Below, piece after piece: positions 9,636 to 23,400 of a DNA stretch of 64,000 bases (position 1 is its first letter; each line of letters opens with the position of its first letter). The stretch is from positions 544,001 through 608,000 of the forward strand of contig CAXXDQ010000003.1 in NCBI GenBank assembly GCA_963664325.2, written 5' to 3'. Source of the DNA: Desulfomonilia bacterium (GTDB lineage: Bacteria > Desulfobacterota > Desulfomonilia > UBA1062). The notes under the pieces are model-generated. The model worked only from the letters and a program-made list of their open reading frames with translations, made no database searches and was not told where the DNA came from. A program made the translations under genes and the position numbers.

Positions 9636-12600
9636 ATGATGTCATATTTGACAAAGCAGAATATTGCCGACATTTATCCTCTGTCCCCGATGCAGCAGGG
9701 AATGCTTTTCCATACCCTTTATGACCAAGACTCACCTGCATATTTCGAACAGTTCTTCTGTATCATTGAAGGAGAGCTTGTATATAAACATATAGAAAGT
9801 GCCTGGAACCACCTTATCGATGAACATCCGGTTTTCAGGACTGTTTTTAATTATAAGGAATTGAGCCAGCCTGTTCAGATTGTTTTGAAGAAAAGACCAA
9901 TTAACATTAATGTGTACGATTTTAAAGATTACAGCGGTGAGGAACAGAAAAAGAAGATTGATGAATTTATGGAAGCTGACAGGTCGGAACGTTTTGACCT
10001 GTCAAAAGGTCCCCTCCTTCGAATAAATATATTCGAACTTGCCGCAGGCAAAATTTTCTTTCTCTGGAGCTATCACCATATTCTGCTTGACGGATGGTGC
10101 CTTGGCCTTATCCTTATCGATTTTTTTACAACATATCTGGCTTTAAAAGATAACAAGCCATTACCCCACTTCAGCAGGCCCCCGTTCAAGAACTATATTG
10201 CATGGCTGAATAAACAGGACAAAGAAAAACCGAAGGCATTTTGGACTGAACTTCTTAAAGGATTTAGTGCGACCACGCCGCTTCCCTGGGATTTTACCCC
10301 TAAAGATCGCAAATTGAAGGCGGACAAAAGAGAAATCACACTTAACAGTGAAGCTACAAAAAAAATAGAAGAATTTGCTCGTATGCAAAGGATTACATTG
10401 AGTACACTTTTGCAAGCCGCATGGGGTGTATTACTTGGAAGGTACAGCGGAAATGATGATGTCGTATTCGGTGCTACGGTTTCCGGAAGGCCTGCAACTT
10501 TGCCCGGGGCCGATCAGATGGTCGGAATATTCATTAATAGCCTGCCTCTTAGGGTTAAACTTGGCGGTATCGTTGAGGACATGCTTAGAAACCTTCAGGA
10601 TCAGTCTTCAAAAGTCCAGGAATACGGGTATTCATTTCTTCCCGATGTTAAGGCGGCAAGTCAGGTTTCAATAAAAGACTCTCTTTTCGACAGCCTTGTC
10701 GTGTTTGAGAATTACCCCATTGACCCCAAGCTGCTGACGGCTACGGAAGGAATAAAGGTATCGGAAATAAGCGGGTTTGAGCTTACAAACTTTGATTTAT
10801 GCCTGGTTGTTGCACCTGGCGAGGAAATGAAACTTTCCCTTACCTATATGATTGACCGTTTCCGCCCTGAAACAATAGATAAGATGCTGAAGCATCTCTC
10901 GAACATACTTACAAGCATGTCGGATAATCCGCGCATTCAGGTATCGAAAATAAAGATGTTGGATGATAAGGGAAAGAGACATGCTGTTGAAAAGCTTTAA
11001 TGATACAAGCGTACCTTTCCCTGACAGGAAATGCATACAGGAATTTATAGAAGATACGGTTGATAAATATCCGGAACGCATTGCTGTCAGTAGTTTTTAA
11101 CGGCAGTCTTACATACAAAGAACTTGATGAACGTTCAAATTCACTGGCACATTATCTGAAAGAAAAGGGAGTAGGACCGGGGGAAAACAGCCGGTATATT
11201 CATTGACCGTTCGATTGATATGATCGTTGCTGTACTAGGGATAATAAAAGCTGGTGGCGCATATGTACCACTTGAAACTGAATATCCCAAGGCAAGGCTT
11301 GAATACATGTTGTTTGACTGTGATGCGGGTATAATAATAACCCATTCTTCATTAAGTGGCAGGCTCCCTTCATACGGTGGAGAAATCCTTAATCTGGATG
11401 AGTCGAGAAAAGAGATATCCGACAGACCTAAAACAAGGCCATCTCTTGTTAACAAGAGCTCAGATCTTGTTTATTTGATTTATACATCGGGATCAACCGG
11501 AAACCCCAAAGGTATTCAGATTGAACATCGCGGACTTGTTAATTATATTATATGGGCTCTCGATTATTACAAGGCGTATGATCACGGGTCATTTCCATTG
11601 TATACGTCAATGTCTTTCGACCTTACAGTTACAAGCATGTTCGTACCTCTTATTGCCGGTGCATGTATTAATATTATGCAACCGGGCTTGGACCCGACAA
11701 CACTGGTTGAAAAGGTGATAACTAGTGAAATCGACATCGCCAAGCTTACCCCTGCCCATCTGGAAATTGCAGATAAGCTTACAGCCTCGGGTGTTAAAAT
11801 GAACCCAAGACTGAAACGTATGATCTTAGGCGGTGAAGCACTTTCAGCAAAGACATCCCGTTCGATGCAGGAAAGGTTTCCAGGTCTTATAATCGACAAC
11901 GAATATGGACCGGCAGAGACGGTAGTCGGTTGCATTGTGTATACATTTGAAAACCTGCCTGAAGAATTAGCATCTGTGCCCATAGGCAAACCGATTGCTA
12001 ATACGATAATTTATTTACTTGATAAAGATATGGAATTAGTTCCTGTCGGTGTTCCCGGTGAGATATACATTTCAAGCCCCGGGGTTGCAAGGGGTTATTT
12101 AAACAATGATGATGTGACGGCAAGGAGTTTTCTACCGAATCCATTCATTGAGGGTGACAAGATTTACCGTACAGGTGATCTTGGTCGCTGGAGGTATGAT
12201 GGGGTAATGGAATACCTCGGAAGGGTGGATTATCAGATAAAAATTCGGGGATACAGAATAGAGCTTGGTGAGATTGAATCAGCATTGCTAAAGCATCCGT
12301 CAATCCATGATTGTGTGGTGACTGATAAAACCAGGTCAGGGGACGACAGATATATTGCAGGATACTATGTTTCTGATACTGAATTGGATGAAACCGAATT
12401 AAAAGATTTTCTCAAGGGTTTTCTTCCCGAATACATGGTGCCTTCCTATATCGTAAGGCTTGAATCGTTGCCGCTTTCTCCAAACGGCAAGGTAGACCGC
12501 AATGCCCTTCCTGATATTGATGCATGGCAAATCAGGGTCTCAGCTGAATATGTTGCACCGAGAAATGATGTTGAGGAAAAAATAGCCGTTATTTTCCGGG

Positions 12601-15600
12601 ATATCCTGGGTATTCCAAAAATTGGAGTTTATGACAATTTCTTTGAACTTGGGGGGCATTCCTTAAAGGCTACTCAGGCAGTTTTCAGGATACGAAAAGA
12701 GCTCGGAATAGACATGCCGTTAAGGACCATATTCGATGAACCAACTATTGATAAGATTGCACATGCAGCTGGTGTATCTTCACATTTGCGGCCGATAGAA
12801 ATCCTTGAAGAAGCACCAAGTTATGTTTTATCCCAGGCACAACAGAGGTTGTGGTTCCTTGACAGGCTGATTCCGGATTCTGCATCATACAATATTCACG
12901 GTGATGTCCTTCTTGAGGGAAAACTGGATATCGATGCTGTAACAAGAGCTTTGCAGCTGATTGTTGACAGGCATGAAAGCCTTCGGACAACTTTCAGCTT
13001 ACAAGATGACATGCCTGTCCAGATAATTGCAAAGAACCTGGAAGTCATACTTCCCGTTGAGGATGTTAATGAGAATGATCTTGATGGAATATTAAAATCG
13101 GAGCCCTGCATTCCTTTCAAGCTTGATACAGGTCCTCTGTTCAGGCTCAGACTCTTAAGGCTTGCAGCACAGAAGCATATCCTGATGCTAACAATGCATC
13201 ATATCATATCAGACGGCTGGTCCATGGGGATATTGATGAGAGAAGCTGCTGCCGCCTACTCGGCATATGCCAGAGGTGGAAAGCCTGAATTGCCTAATTT
13301 AAGGGTTCAATACAAGGATTTTGCTATCTGGCAGAATTCTCTACTTGATGACGGATCACTTAGGTCACAAGAAACATACTGGCTTGACCGGTTAAAGTCT
13401 CCTCTGCCGATGCTTGATCTTCCAACAGACAGACCAAGGCCGCCAATACAGACGACATCTGGAGCTACATTCCGGTTTAAAGGAGACCCAGAGCTTAATA
13501 AAAAAATTCGTGAACTGCTCAATGAGCGCGATATAACCCTGAATATGCTTTTGCTTTCAGCATATGCAACTATGCTGAATAGGCTTTCAAATCAGGAAGA
13601 TATCATTGTCGGTTCCCCAATTGCCGGGAGGAATCATCCTGATTTGGAAAACATTATCGGATTCTTTGTAAATATGATAGCGCTGAGGCTGGATTTCTCC
13701 CGGGACATTTCAGCATCCGAACTCCTCAAACAGGTTAAACAGGTGTGCCTCGATGCATACTCAAATCAGGAATACCCGTTTAACAAAATAATAGATATGA
13801 TCAACCCTATAAGGGATACCAGCCGTTCACCAATCTTCAATACTATGTTTGTCCTTCAGAACGCCTCGGAAACAGTAACTGAAGCAAGAGTCGGGGATAT
13901 GCTGTTCAAAGATATCACAAAAGAAATGGGCATATCAAAGTTTGACCTGACCCTTTATGCCTTCGAGGCATCAGACTCCATCGACTACTTTTTTGAATAC
14001 AACACCGACCTTTTTAACAGCGATACTGTCGAAAGGTTTGCAGGTCACTTTTCAAATATCTTGAGGCAGATGGTCATGGAAACAGAAAAACCTCTTTCTT
14101 CATATCATGTAATGAGCAGGGAAGAGGAAAAACTCGTGATAGAGGTTTTTAACGACACGGATGTCAGTTATCCAAATGAGAAATGCGTCTTTCAGTTTTT
14201 TGAAGAACAGTCAGAAAAAACACCTGATAGAATTGCGGTAACATTTGCTGACCAAAGCCTCACTTATAAAGTGCTTAATGAAAAGACGAACCAGCTTGCT
14301 CGATACCTGAGGGAGGTTGGAGTCAAGGCCGAGACAATGGTAACCATCATGGTTGAACGCTCAATTGAGATGGAAATTGCCCTCATCGGGATTCTTAAGG
14401 CCGGCGGGGCGTATGTTCCTATCGGTACGGAATATCCCGATGCGAGAATAGATTATATATTGGAAGATACAAATTCTCCGGTTGTCTTAACCCAGAAAAA
14501 ATATGCTGAAAAATTTGCCGGTAAGGACATAAAAATCATTTGTCTAGATTCCAATTGGCCAGATATTGCAGAAAAGGACGTTGCGAACCTTGAGCCTCTA
14601 AGCGGTGCTGATAATTTGGCTTATGTACTTTATACATCAGGCTCAACTGGTGTTCCCAAAGGGGTTGCATGTATTCACAAGGGACTGACGAATCGTCTTG
14701 TCTGGATGCAATCTGCATACGAGTTGGGAGAAGACGATGTTGTTCTTCAGAAGACGCCATATACATTTGATGTCTCGGGATGGGAGTTTCACTGGCCGAT
14801 GATGTTTGGTGCAAGACTTCATTTCCTGAGGCCTGGTGGTGAAAAAGATCCGCTTCATATCCTGGAAGTCATTAATGAGCGCAAGATTACAACACTTCAT
14901 TTTGTCCCTTCAATGCTTGGAGTATTTCTTCAAGTGCTGGATGAGGAAAACAGCAAAACGTTAACATCATTGAGAAGGGTTATATGTTCGGGCGAAGCCC
15001 TGATGGGTTATCACCGTGACTTGTTCTTCAGATACTTGAACTGTGAACTTCACAACTTGTACGGGCCTACCGAGGCTTCAATAGACGTCACTTGGTATGA
15101 ATGCAAAAGAGAAGACACCTCAAGTACTGTACCAATAGGAAAGCCGATTGCCAACACAAGGATTTACATACTTGACAGGAATCTGAGCCCTGTTCCCGTA
15201 GGTGTTGCCGGAGAGGTTTACCTGGCTGGCATACAGCTTGCCCGCGGATATGTAAACAAACCAGAAAAAACAGCTGAAGCCTTCGTAACATTTTCGATAT
15301 TCAAAGACACAAGGCTATACAAGACGGGTGACCTTGGGCGATGGATGACTGATGGCAACATTGACTATCTTGGTAGGATAGACCATCAGGTCAAGATAAG
15401 GGGAAACCGTATCGAGCTAGGTGAGGTGGAATCAGCACTTTCAAAATTTGAGGGGATACATGACTGTGTCGTCATTGATTATGATGACCCTACCGGCAAG
15501 TATCTTGTAGGCTATTACGTATCAGATGCGGAAATTCCGGTAGGTGACTTAAGGACATTCCTTATTGATGCACTCCCTGAATATATGGTGCCCACACGAT

Positions 15601-18600
15601 TTATGTGGCTAGAGAGTCTGCCTTTAAGTCCCAACGGCAAGGTGGATAGGAATTCTCTTCCAAGGGTTGAAAATGTAAGATCTGAAACTGCCGGCGAATA
15701 TGTTGAACCGAGGAATGAAACCGAAAGAGCAATTGCTGAAATATTCAAGTCTGTTCTTGTGGTTGACAAGGTGGGAGTAAAGGATAATTTCTTTGACCTG
15801 GGTGGCCATTCACTCAGGGCAACTCAAGTGATATCAAGGATAAAAAAGGAACTGGGAATAGAGATACCATTAAGGATTATTTTCGAAACTCCAACAGTAG
15901 AAGGGCTCGCCGGGGCAACAGTTTCAGGTTCTGAAATGGGGGATATCCCCAAGCTCGCAGATGCTCCATCCTATCCGCTTTCCCATGCACAAAAGAGGCT
16001 CTGGTTTCTTGACCAGATGATACCAGGATCGCCTGCATACAACATGCCTCTGCCTTTTTTCATCGAAGGATATCTTGATGAAAGCCTAATGGAAAAAGCT
16101 CTGCAGTCTGTTGTTGACAGGCATGAAACACTCAGAACCACATTTATCAATACGGAAGCTGGTCCTTCCCAGGTTGTTGCGGAAAAACTGAATGTTGTTC
16201 TGAAAATCCAGGATGCCTCACAGCTTGATGAATCCGCCATGTTGAAGATCGCGGGAGATGAGGCAATGACTCCATTTGATCTTGCGAATGGGCCTCTTTT
16301 CAGAGCCAGGGTATTTAAGATGGCCGGTGACAAGTATCTGTTTATTCTAACCCTTCACCATATAATATCTGACGGATGGTCACTTGAAATACTTATTAAT
16401 GAACTCATCTCAACTTATACTGCATATTCGGCAGGTAAAGAACCGGATTTCGAGGAACTCAAAATCCAGTACAGGGACTATGCTTCATGGCAGAACTCTT
16501 TACTGAAAGAGGGTAAACTCAGTTTTCAGGAGGATTACTGGAAATCCAAACTCGGAGGAGTCCTTCCGGTAACAGACCTTCCGGCCGACCGGTCAAGGCC
16601 TGCCGTGGCAACTACGAATGGCGCACTGTATGCACTCGGAATTGACAGCAGCACAACTTCATTGCTCAAAGAAATGGCCAAAAAACATGATGTAACGCTT
16701 TACATGCTGATTCTTGCAATACTTGATGCCTATCTTGTCCGTGCAACCGGATCTGAAGATATCATTGTGGGTACGGCCATCGCAGGCAGGAACAACCATG
16801 ATGTTGAAGGGCTTATAGGCTTCTTTATAAATTCGCTGGCGCTCAGAACCGACCTCAGCGGGGATCCTGAATTTTCAAATGTGCTGACAAGTGTGAAGAA
16901 GACCTGCATCGAGGCTTATGCAAACCAGGACTATCCTTTTGACAGGTTGATAGACAAGATTGGGGCGGTTAGAGACACAAGCCGTACACCTGTTTTTACT
17001 ATCATGCTCGTTATGCAGGACGTTTCGAATCTTATGAATGTAGGTTCCAGAGACGCCGTAAGATTCAAACCCGTTGAAGGCCTTTTGAAGCAGAGCAAGT
17101 TTGACCTGACTCTTTTTGCAATAGATACTGGGAAAAATCTTGAACTCAGATTTGAATATAACACCGACCTCTTTGATGCTTCGACAATCGAGAGATACGC
17201 CGGCCATATAAGGAATATCCTTGAAGATGTAATCAGGAATCCTGAGAGGCGCATATCAGAACTTGAACTTTTATCTCATGAAGAAAAACAGCAAGTTCTT
17301 TATGGATTCAATGATACATCTTCTGAGTATCCAAGGGATGCAACAATTGTAGGCCTGTTTGAGGAAACTATATCCAGGCTCCCTAATCATCCTGCCGTAG
17401 CATTTGAAGACAGGGTATATACGTTCTCCGAGCTGAACTGCCGCGCAAACAAGCTTTCAAGAGCCTTAACCGATTGCGGGGTGAAAACAGGAACACTTGT
17501 GGGGCTTATGATAGGGACACCAATGGAAACAATTCTGGGGATTATGGCCATCTTGAAGGCCGGTGGCGCATATATGCCAATCGATTCCGAATTTCCGGAA
17601 AGCCGTATCAGTTTCATGCTTGAAGACAGCTGTACCCCGGTGGTCATTACCAGGAAAGAGCTTCGGGGAAAGCTTCCACGTAACCAGAAAACCATATGCA
17701 TTGACAGCGACTGGAAGAAGATAGACAAGCAGGATGGCGGAAATCCCTTAACCGCTGTAACTGCCGATGACACAGCATATGCGATCTACACCTCGGGCTC
17801 GACAGGAAAACCAAAAGGATCTCTTATACCCCACCGGGGAGTTGTGAACCTGGTGTTTGCCCTGAAAAAGATACTCTATTCATATTACGACGGACCGCTC
17901 AATGTGGCGCAGCTCGCTTCATTCAGCTTCGACGCCTCTGTCCAGCAGATATTCGCCAGCCTTCTTCTTGGTAACACCCTGTTCCCCATTCCGGCTTCTA
18001 TGAAACGAGATATGGGTCAGTTAATCCCTTATATCCTGGACAAGGAGATCGATGTAATCGACGGTACGCCTTCTCTATGGGAGGTTCTTGTCGCGAACGG
18101 CCTCATGGAGGAACACCGCCTTAAACTGAAGCATGTGATTATAGGCGGGGAACCATTGCCGTTATCGCTTGTTGAGGGGTATCATGCTGGAAGTTACGGC
18201 AAACAGACCCGCTGGACAAACGTTTATGGTGTCACGGAAAGCAGTGTCGATTCGACTTACTGCCTCGCCGACGTCAACAGGCTTGCAGGAAGAGTCAGTG
18301 TTCCGATCGGTGCGCCCATAATAAACACCTGGATATATATTCTGGATAAGAACATGAACCCGGTGCCTGTTGGCATTACCGGAGAGCTCTACATAGGGGG
18401 GGACGGGCTGGCAAAGGGTTACCTCAATAATCCCGAACGCACGGCACTCAATTTCATCCCCGACCCATTCAAGCCCGGTGAGCTTATCTACAAAACCGGT
18501 GATATCGGCAAGTGGCTGCCAGACGGGAATATAGATTTCCTTGGCAGGATCGACTTCCAGGTCAAGATCCGTGGTTTCAGGATCGAGCTGGGTGAAATCG

Positions 18601-20459
18601 AAACTGCTTTGTCAGGTTATCAGGAAATCAACGATTGCGTGGTTGTTGCACGAAACGACGGAGCCGGAGGAAAGTACCTTGCAGGGTATTATGTTGCGGA
18701 AAAGGAAATCCCCGTTGGTGACCTGAGGTCATACCTGTCTGCCTCTCTTCCGGATTACATGGTGCCTGCCCGCTTTATGAAACTTGACGCCATGCCGCTT
18801 AATACAAGTGGCAAGGTTGACAGGCTTGCGCTTCCGGAACCGGATGCATTCAGGCCTGACATGGCTGCCGAGTATGTCGAGCCGCGGAATGAAATAGAAA
18901 AAGTACTCTCAGAGGTCTGGCGTGATGTCCTCAGAGTGGACAAGGTCGGTGTTTTTGATAATTTCTTCGACCTTGGCGGAGACTCGATAATCAGCCTTCA
19001 GGTGGTATCCAGGCTGAAGAAATTCGGTTATGAGATAAAGCCGAGGCATATGTTCGAATACCAGACGATCGCAGCTATTGCCCCGGTCGTTGAGTTGATC
19101 AGAACCGTAACAGCGGTGCAGGGGGATGTGACTGGCACTGCCCCTTTGAATCCTGTACAGAGGTGGTTCTTCGACCAGAGTTTTGAAGACGAAAATTTCT
19201 ACAACCAGACATTTGTCCTAAGCTCAGGTGTGAGGATTGACGAGGCGGCCATAAAAAAAGCCGGCGAAGCGGTTGTTATGCATCATGATTCGCTCAGGGC
19301 CCGTTTTGACCGGGAAAAACAGGAGTTCATGCCGGCTGGCCAGGGTCCAATCTTCGTCTTCAAAAATATCAAGGACGTCGATGAACTCAAAGGCGAGGTC
19401 ATGTTGCTTCAGTCATCGCTCGACATCAGTAATGCAAGGGTCTTTGCCATGGGTTTATACAGGCAGGACAAGTCCGATTACCTGGCCGTGACCGCACACC
19501 ACCTGGTGGTCGACGGCGTTTCTTGGAGGATATTGTTTGAAGACCTGTTCAAGGCCTACAGCGATATTCTTTCAGGCGCCAGTGTAAAGCTGCCGGATAA
19601 GACGTCCTCATTTAAAGACTGGTCAATGAAGGTCAGCGCATATGCCCCGAAAGTGCTTGAGGAATTTGCATGGTGGGAAAATATTCTGACGGGAGGGGTA
19701 TTCAGTATACCTGTTGAACATGAAAACGGGCTTAACGATGCCGGATCTGCACTTTCAATAAGTGTTAAACTTGATGAAGAAAAGACAGACCAGCTAATTA
19801 AAACCGCTCACCGGGCATATGGCACGGAGATAAACGATCTGCTCCTTACTGCATTAATGAGATCGATATCAGGATGGACAGGTAATTCCAAGGTGACATT
19901 CGATCTTGAAGGCCATGGCAGGGAAGACATATTTGACGACATGGATATAACAAGGACCGTAGGATGGTTTACCACTATATATCCTGTTGTTCTTGATGCA
20001 GGGAAAAATAAACTTTCTGAACAGATCAAACATGTTAAGGAAGCATTAAGGGCGATTCCTGATAAGGGATTTAACTACGGAATATTGAAGTATATACTTG
20101 GTCAGGATCTGCCATTGTACAGCGGTCTGAGCTTCAATTACATGGGTCAGATTACAGCAGACATATCGGGATTGCCTGTAAAATTTGAGGATATTGGACT
20201 GAAAACAACTCATGGCAAGAATCACAGACCAAATCTAATTGACATCATCGGAATAGTATCGGACGGCAAATTCAGGGCGGATTTCATCTACAGCCCGAAC
20301 ATTCACGAAAGGGAAACCATTGAATGTCTGGCAAACAGCTTTATAAATGAAATCAGCAATGTGCTTGAGCACTGCATGGATCCTGCAAGCTTTGATATAA
20401 CTCCTTCGGACTTCGGTCTTGATGTGGCTCAGGAGGAACTGGATCAGATTTACGAATGA
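9636..20459 (+). CDS. NRPS subunit 2: C(DCL)-A(Asn)-T-C-A(Ser)-T-C-A(Gln/Glu)-T-E; split here into ORFs 9636-11000 and 11220-20459 by three +1 homopolymer indels
   Basis: The two ORFs are in the same frame. The intervening DNA encodes A-domain N-terminal sequence (FNDTSVPFPDRKCIQEF, LTYKELDERSNSLAHYL) across shifts at G3 ~10970, T5 ~11094 and G5 ~11179. Motifs HHILLDGWC, GGHSL x2, GGDSI, HHLVVDGVSW, TPSDF. SD aaggag before 9636. Confidence 0.9.
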
Positions 20460-20476
20460 TATTAAAGGAGTCATAG

Positions 20477-23400
20477 ATGTCGTTTGTTACGAAAGAGAAT
20501 ACGCAGGATATTTATCCATTGTCGCCCACACAAAAAGGGATGCTGTTCCATTCGGTACTTGAGCCGGATGCGCCAGTATATTTCGAGCAGTTCTCATTTA
20601 CTATCGCAGGTAACCTTGATGAAGATATTTTCAGAAAATCATGGGAGCATCTGGTAGCTTCAACTCCTGTTTTCAGGACCGTGTTCAGATGGTCAAAGCT
20701 TAAAGATCCTTTACAGATTGTCCTTAAGGAACTTCCGGTAGACATAGCCCTGATAGACTTGTCCGGGATGGATCAGCCGGATCAGTATCCTAGGATTGAT
20801 GAATTCATGGTTAAGGAAAGATCATCACCATTTAAGCTTGAAGAATGGCCTTTGATGAGGCTGACCCTTTTCAAGCTTGGAAATGAAAGGCATCATTTCC
20901 TCTGGAGTCACCACCATATCCTCATTGACGGCTGGTGCATGCCGCTTGTTCTGAAAGACCTTTTTGAGACTTATCTTTCGTTGATGACAGGCCAGACGCC
21001 TCCAAGACCAATGCGCCGCGCATACAAAGACTATATCAACTGGCTGGCAAATCAGGATCAGGACAAAGCCAGGAGTTTCTGGATCGGGATGCTTGATGGT
21101 TTTGAAACCCCTAATATTCTCCCATATGATTACAGGCGAGGGGAAATTGATGAAACAGGTTCTTCGATGGTACGACTGTCTCTTCCAGCGGATATGTCGG
21201 ACAAGCTTAAAGAAGTTGCCAGGAAAGAGCGTATTACTATCAGCACTCTGCTTCAGGCTGCCTGGGCAGTATTGCTTAGAACATACAGTGTCCAGGATGA
21301 CGTGGTATACGGGACAACGGTTTCAGGCAGACCTGCTGATTTGAAGGGATCGGAAGATATAATAGGGCTTTTTATAAATACGCTTCCTGTAAGAGTGAAG
21401 TTCGATGATCAGACGACACTCTCGGGTGTATGCAAGCAGATTCAGGATATCTCGGTGGGCATGAGAGAATTTGAGTATTCATTGCTGCCTGATGTAAAAG
21501 CCGCGTCTGGTATTCCAAGAGATCAGAATCTTTTTGACAGTATCTTTGTGTTCGAAAATGTACCAACGGATGCCGTCTCCGGAATGAGAAATAATGGCCT
21601 GGGCATTTCAAACGTTAAGGGTTTTGAAATGACAAATTTTCCCATTACGATCATTGCCGTACCCGGAGATATCCTGAATATAGACATTCACTATCATAAG
21701 GCCCTTTTCAGCAATCTTACAGTTTCTCGGATGACTGGTCATATGCGGCAGGTTCTTAATGCAATGGTCGATAATCCGGCAAAGAAAATTTCTGAAGTTG
21801 ATATACTTACACTTGATGAGAGAGAAGAAATACTTATAGGTTTCAACAAAACAGACTCGTATTGGCCTGAAGATAAGTGTCCCTACCAGTCATTCGAAGA
21901 GCAAGTGTTGAAAACTCCTGATAAGACTGCATTATGGTTTGATGGAAAATCCTTGAGCTATATGGAGCTGAATTCCAAAGCAAACTGTCTGGCAAATTTC
22001 TTGAAAAAGAAAGGACTTGAAACAGAAGGTAAAGTTTGTCTTCTCATGGAACGCTCCCTTGAAATGATCATATCCATACTTGCTATACACAAGGCCGGGG
22101 GATGTTATGTGCCGATGGACCCTGAATACCCGAAGGCAAGGCTGGAATACATGCTTGAAGATTCCGCAAGCAGGTTTCTTTTAACACAGGAAAACCTTGC
22201 GGCAAGACTAAACAGGTTGCCTGCCGATGTTGTTCTCATAGACAAAGAGTCTGTTGAAATTTCAAATGAAAATAATATGAATCCGGCTCCATCGGCAACT
22301 CCCTCAAACCTGTCTCATATAATCTATACCTCAGGTTCGACCGGTTTACCTAAAGGGGTAATGATAGAACACAGCAACGTGACTGCATTTCTTTCCTGGT
22401 GTCAGGAAGAATTTCAATTTGAAGAGTATGAAGAGATGATAGCCTCGACCTCGATGTGCTTTGACTTGTCCATCTTCGAGTTTTTTTTGCCGCTTGTTAC
22501 AGGGGCAAGGGTGATCATACTTAAATCATCGCTGGAAATTAATGACTACTTGAATGAACATTCTGCAACAATGATTAATACGGTGCCTTCAGCCATTCGT
22601 TATTTATGCACCGTTGCTGAAAAAAAGCACAGAGTTAAAGCGGTTAATCTTGCTGGTGAACCGCTCAAGCTCGACTTGGTGAAAGATATCTACAGCAACC
22701 TGGATGTCGGTATAATTAGGAATCTGTACGGACCGACAGAGGACACGACATACTCGACGAATTTCAGGGTACCAAAAGACTTTAACAGACAACCTCTTAT
22801 CGGCAGGCCCTTGTCCAACGGTCAGGCATACGTACTGGATAAAAACCTGAAGCCGGTACCCATAGGTATCAAAGGAGAGATCTACCTTTCTGGTGCCGGC
22901 CTTGCACGAGGCTATTTCAATGCACCTGAAAAGACGGCTCAGAGGTTTATTCCCCATCCATTTTCAAATAAATGGAAATATATATATAAGACAGGTGATC
23001 TTGGCAGCTGGCTTCCAGACGGCAACCTCGATTTTCATGGCAGGGTTGACTATCAGGTTAAAATCAGGGGCAACCGTATTGAAATGGGCGAGATCGAGGC
23101 AAGGCTTGCTCTTCATGAGATGATCAAGGATGTGGTAATCGCTGATAAGGATGACAGTGAAGGCAACAAGTATCTTGTCTGTTATTATGTATCTGAAAAT
23201 GAAATTCCTGTTGCCGAATTGAGAACCTTTATTCAGGAAAAGCTCCCTGAATATATGGTCCCATCCCGGTTTATCAAAATGGAGGAACTGCCACTGACTC
23301 CGAATGGCAAGGTCGACCGGAAGGCCCTTCCTGACCCGGGTGATGTCAGCATGCAAGTTTCATCGGAATACATACCACCGGCAGGACAGATTGAAGAGGC

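Noticed and set aside
9636-11000. Stand-alone condensation-domain gene
   Set aside because: Downstream DNA continues into A-domain sequence across homopolymer indels; it is part of one gene ending at 20459
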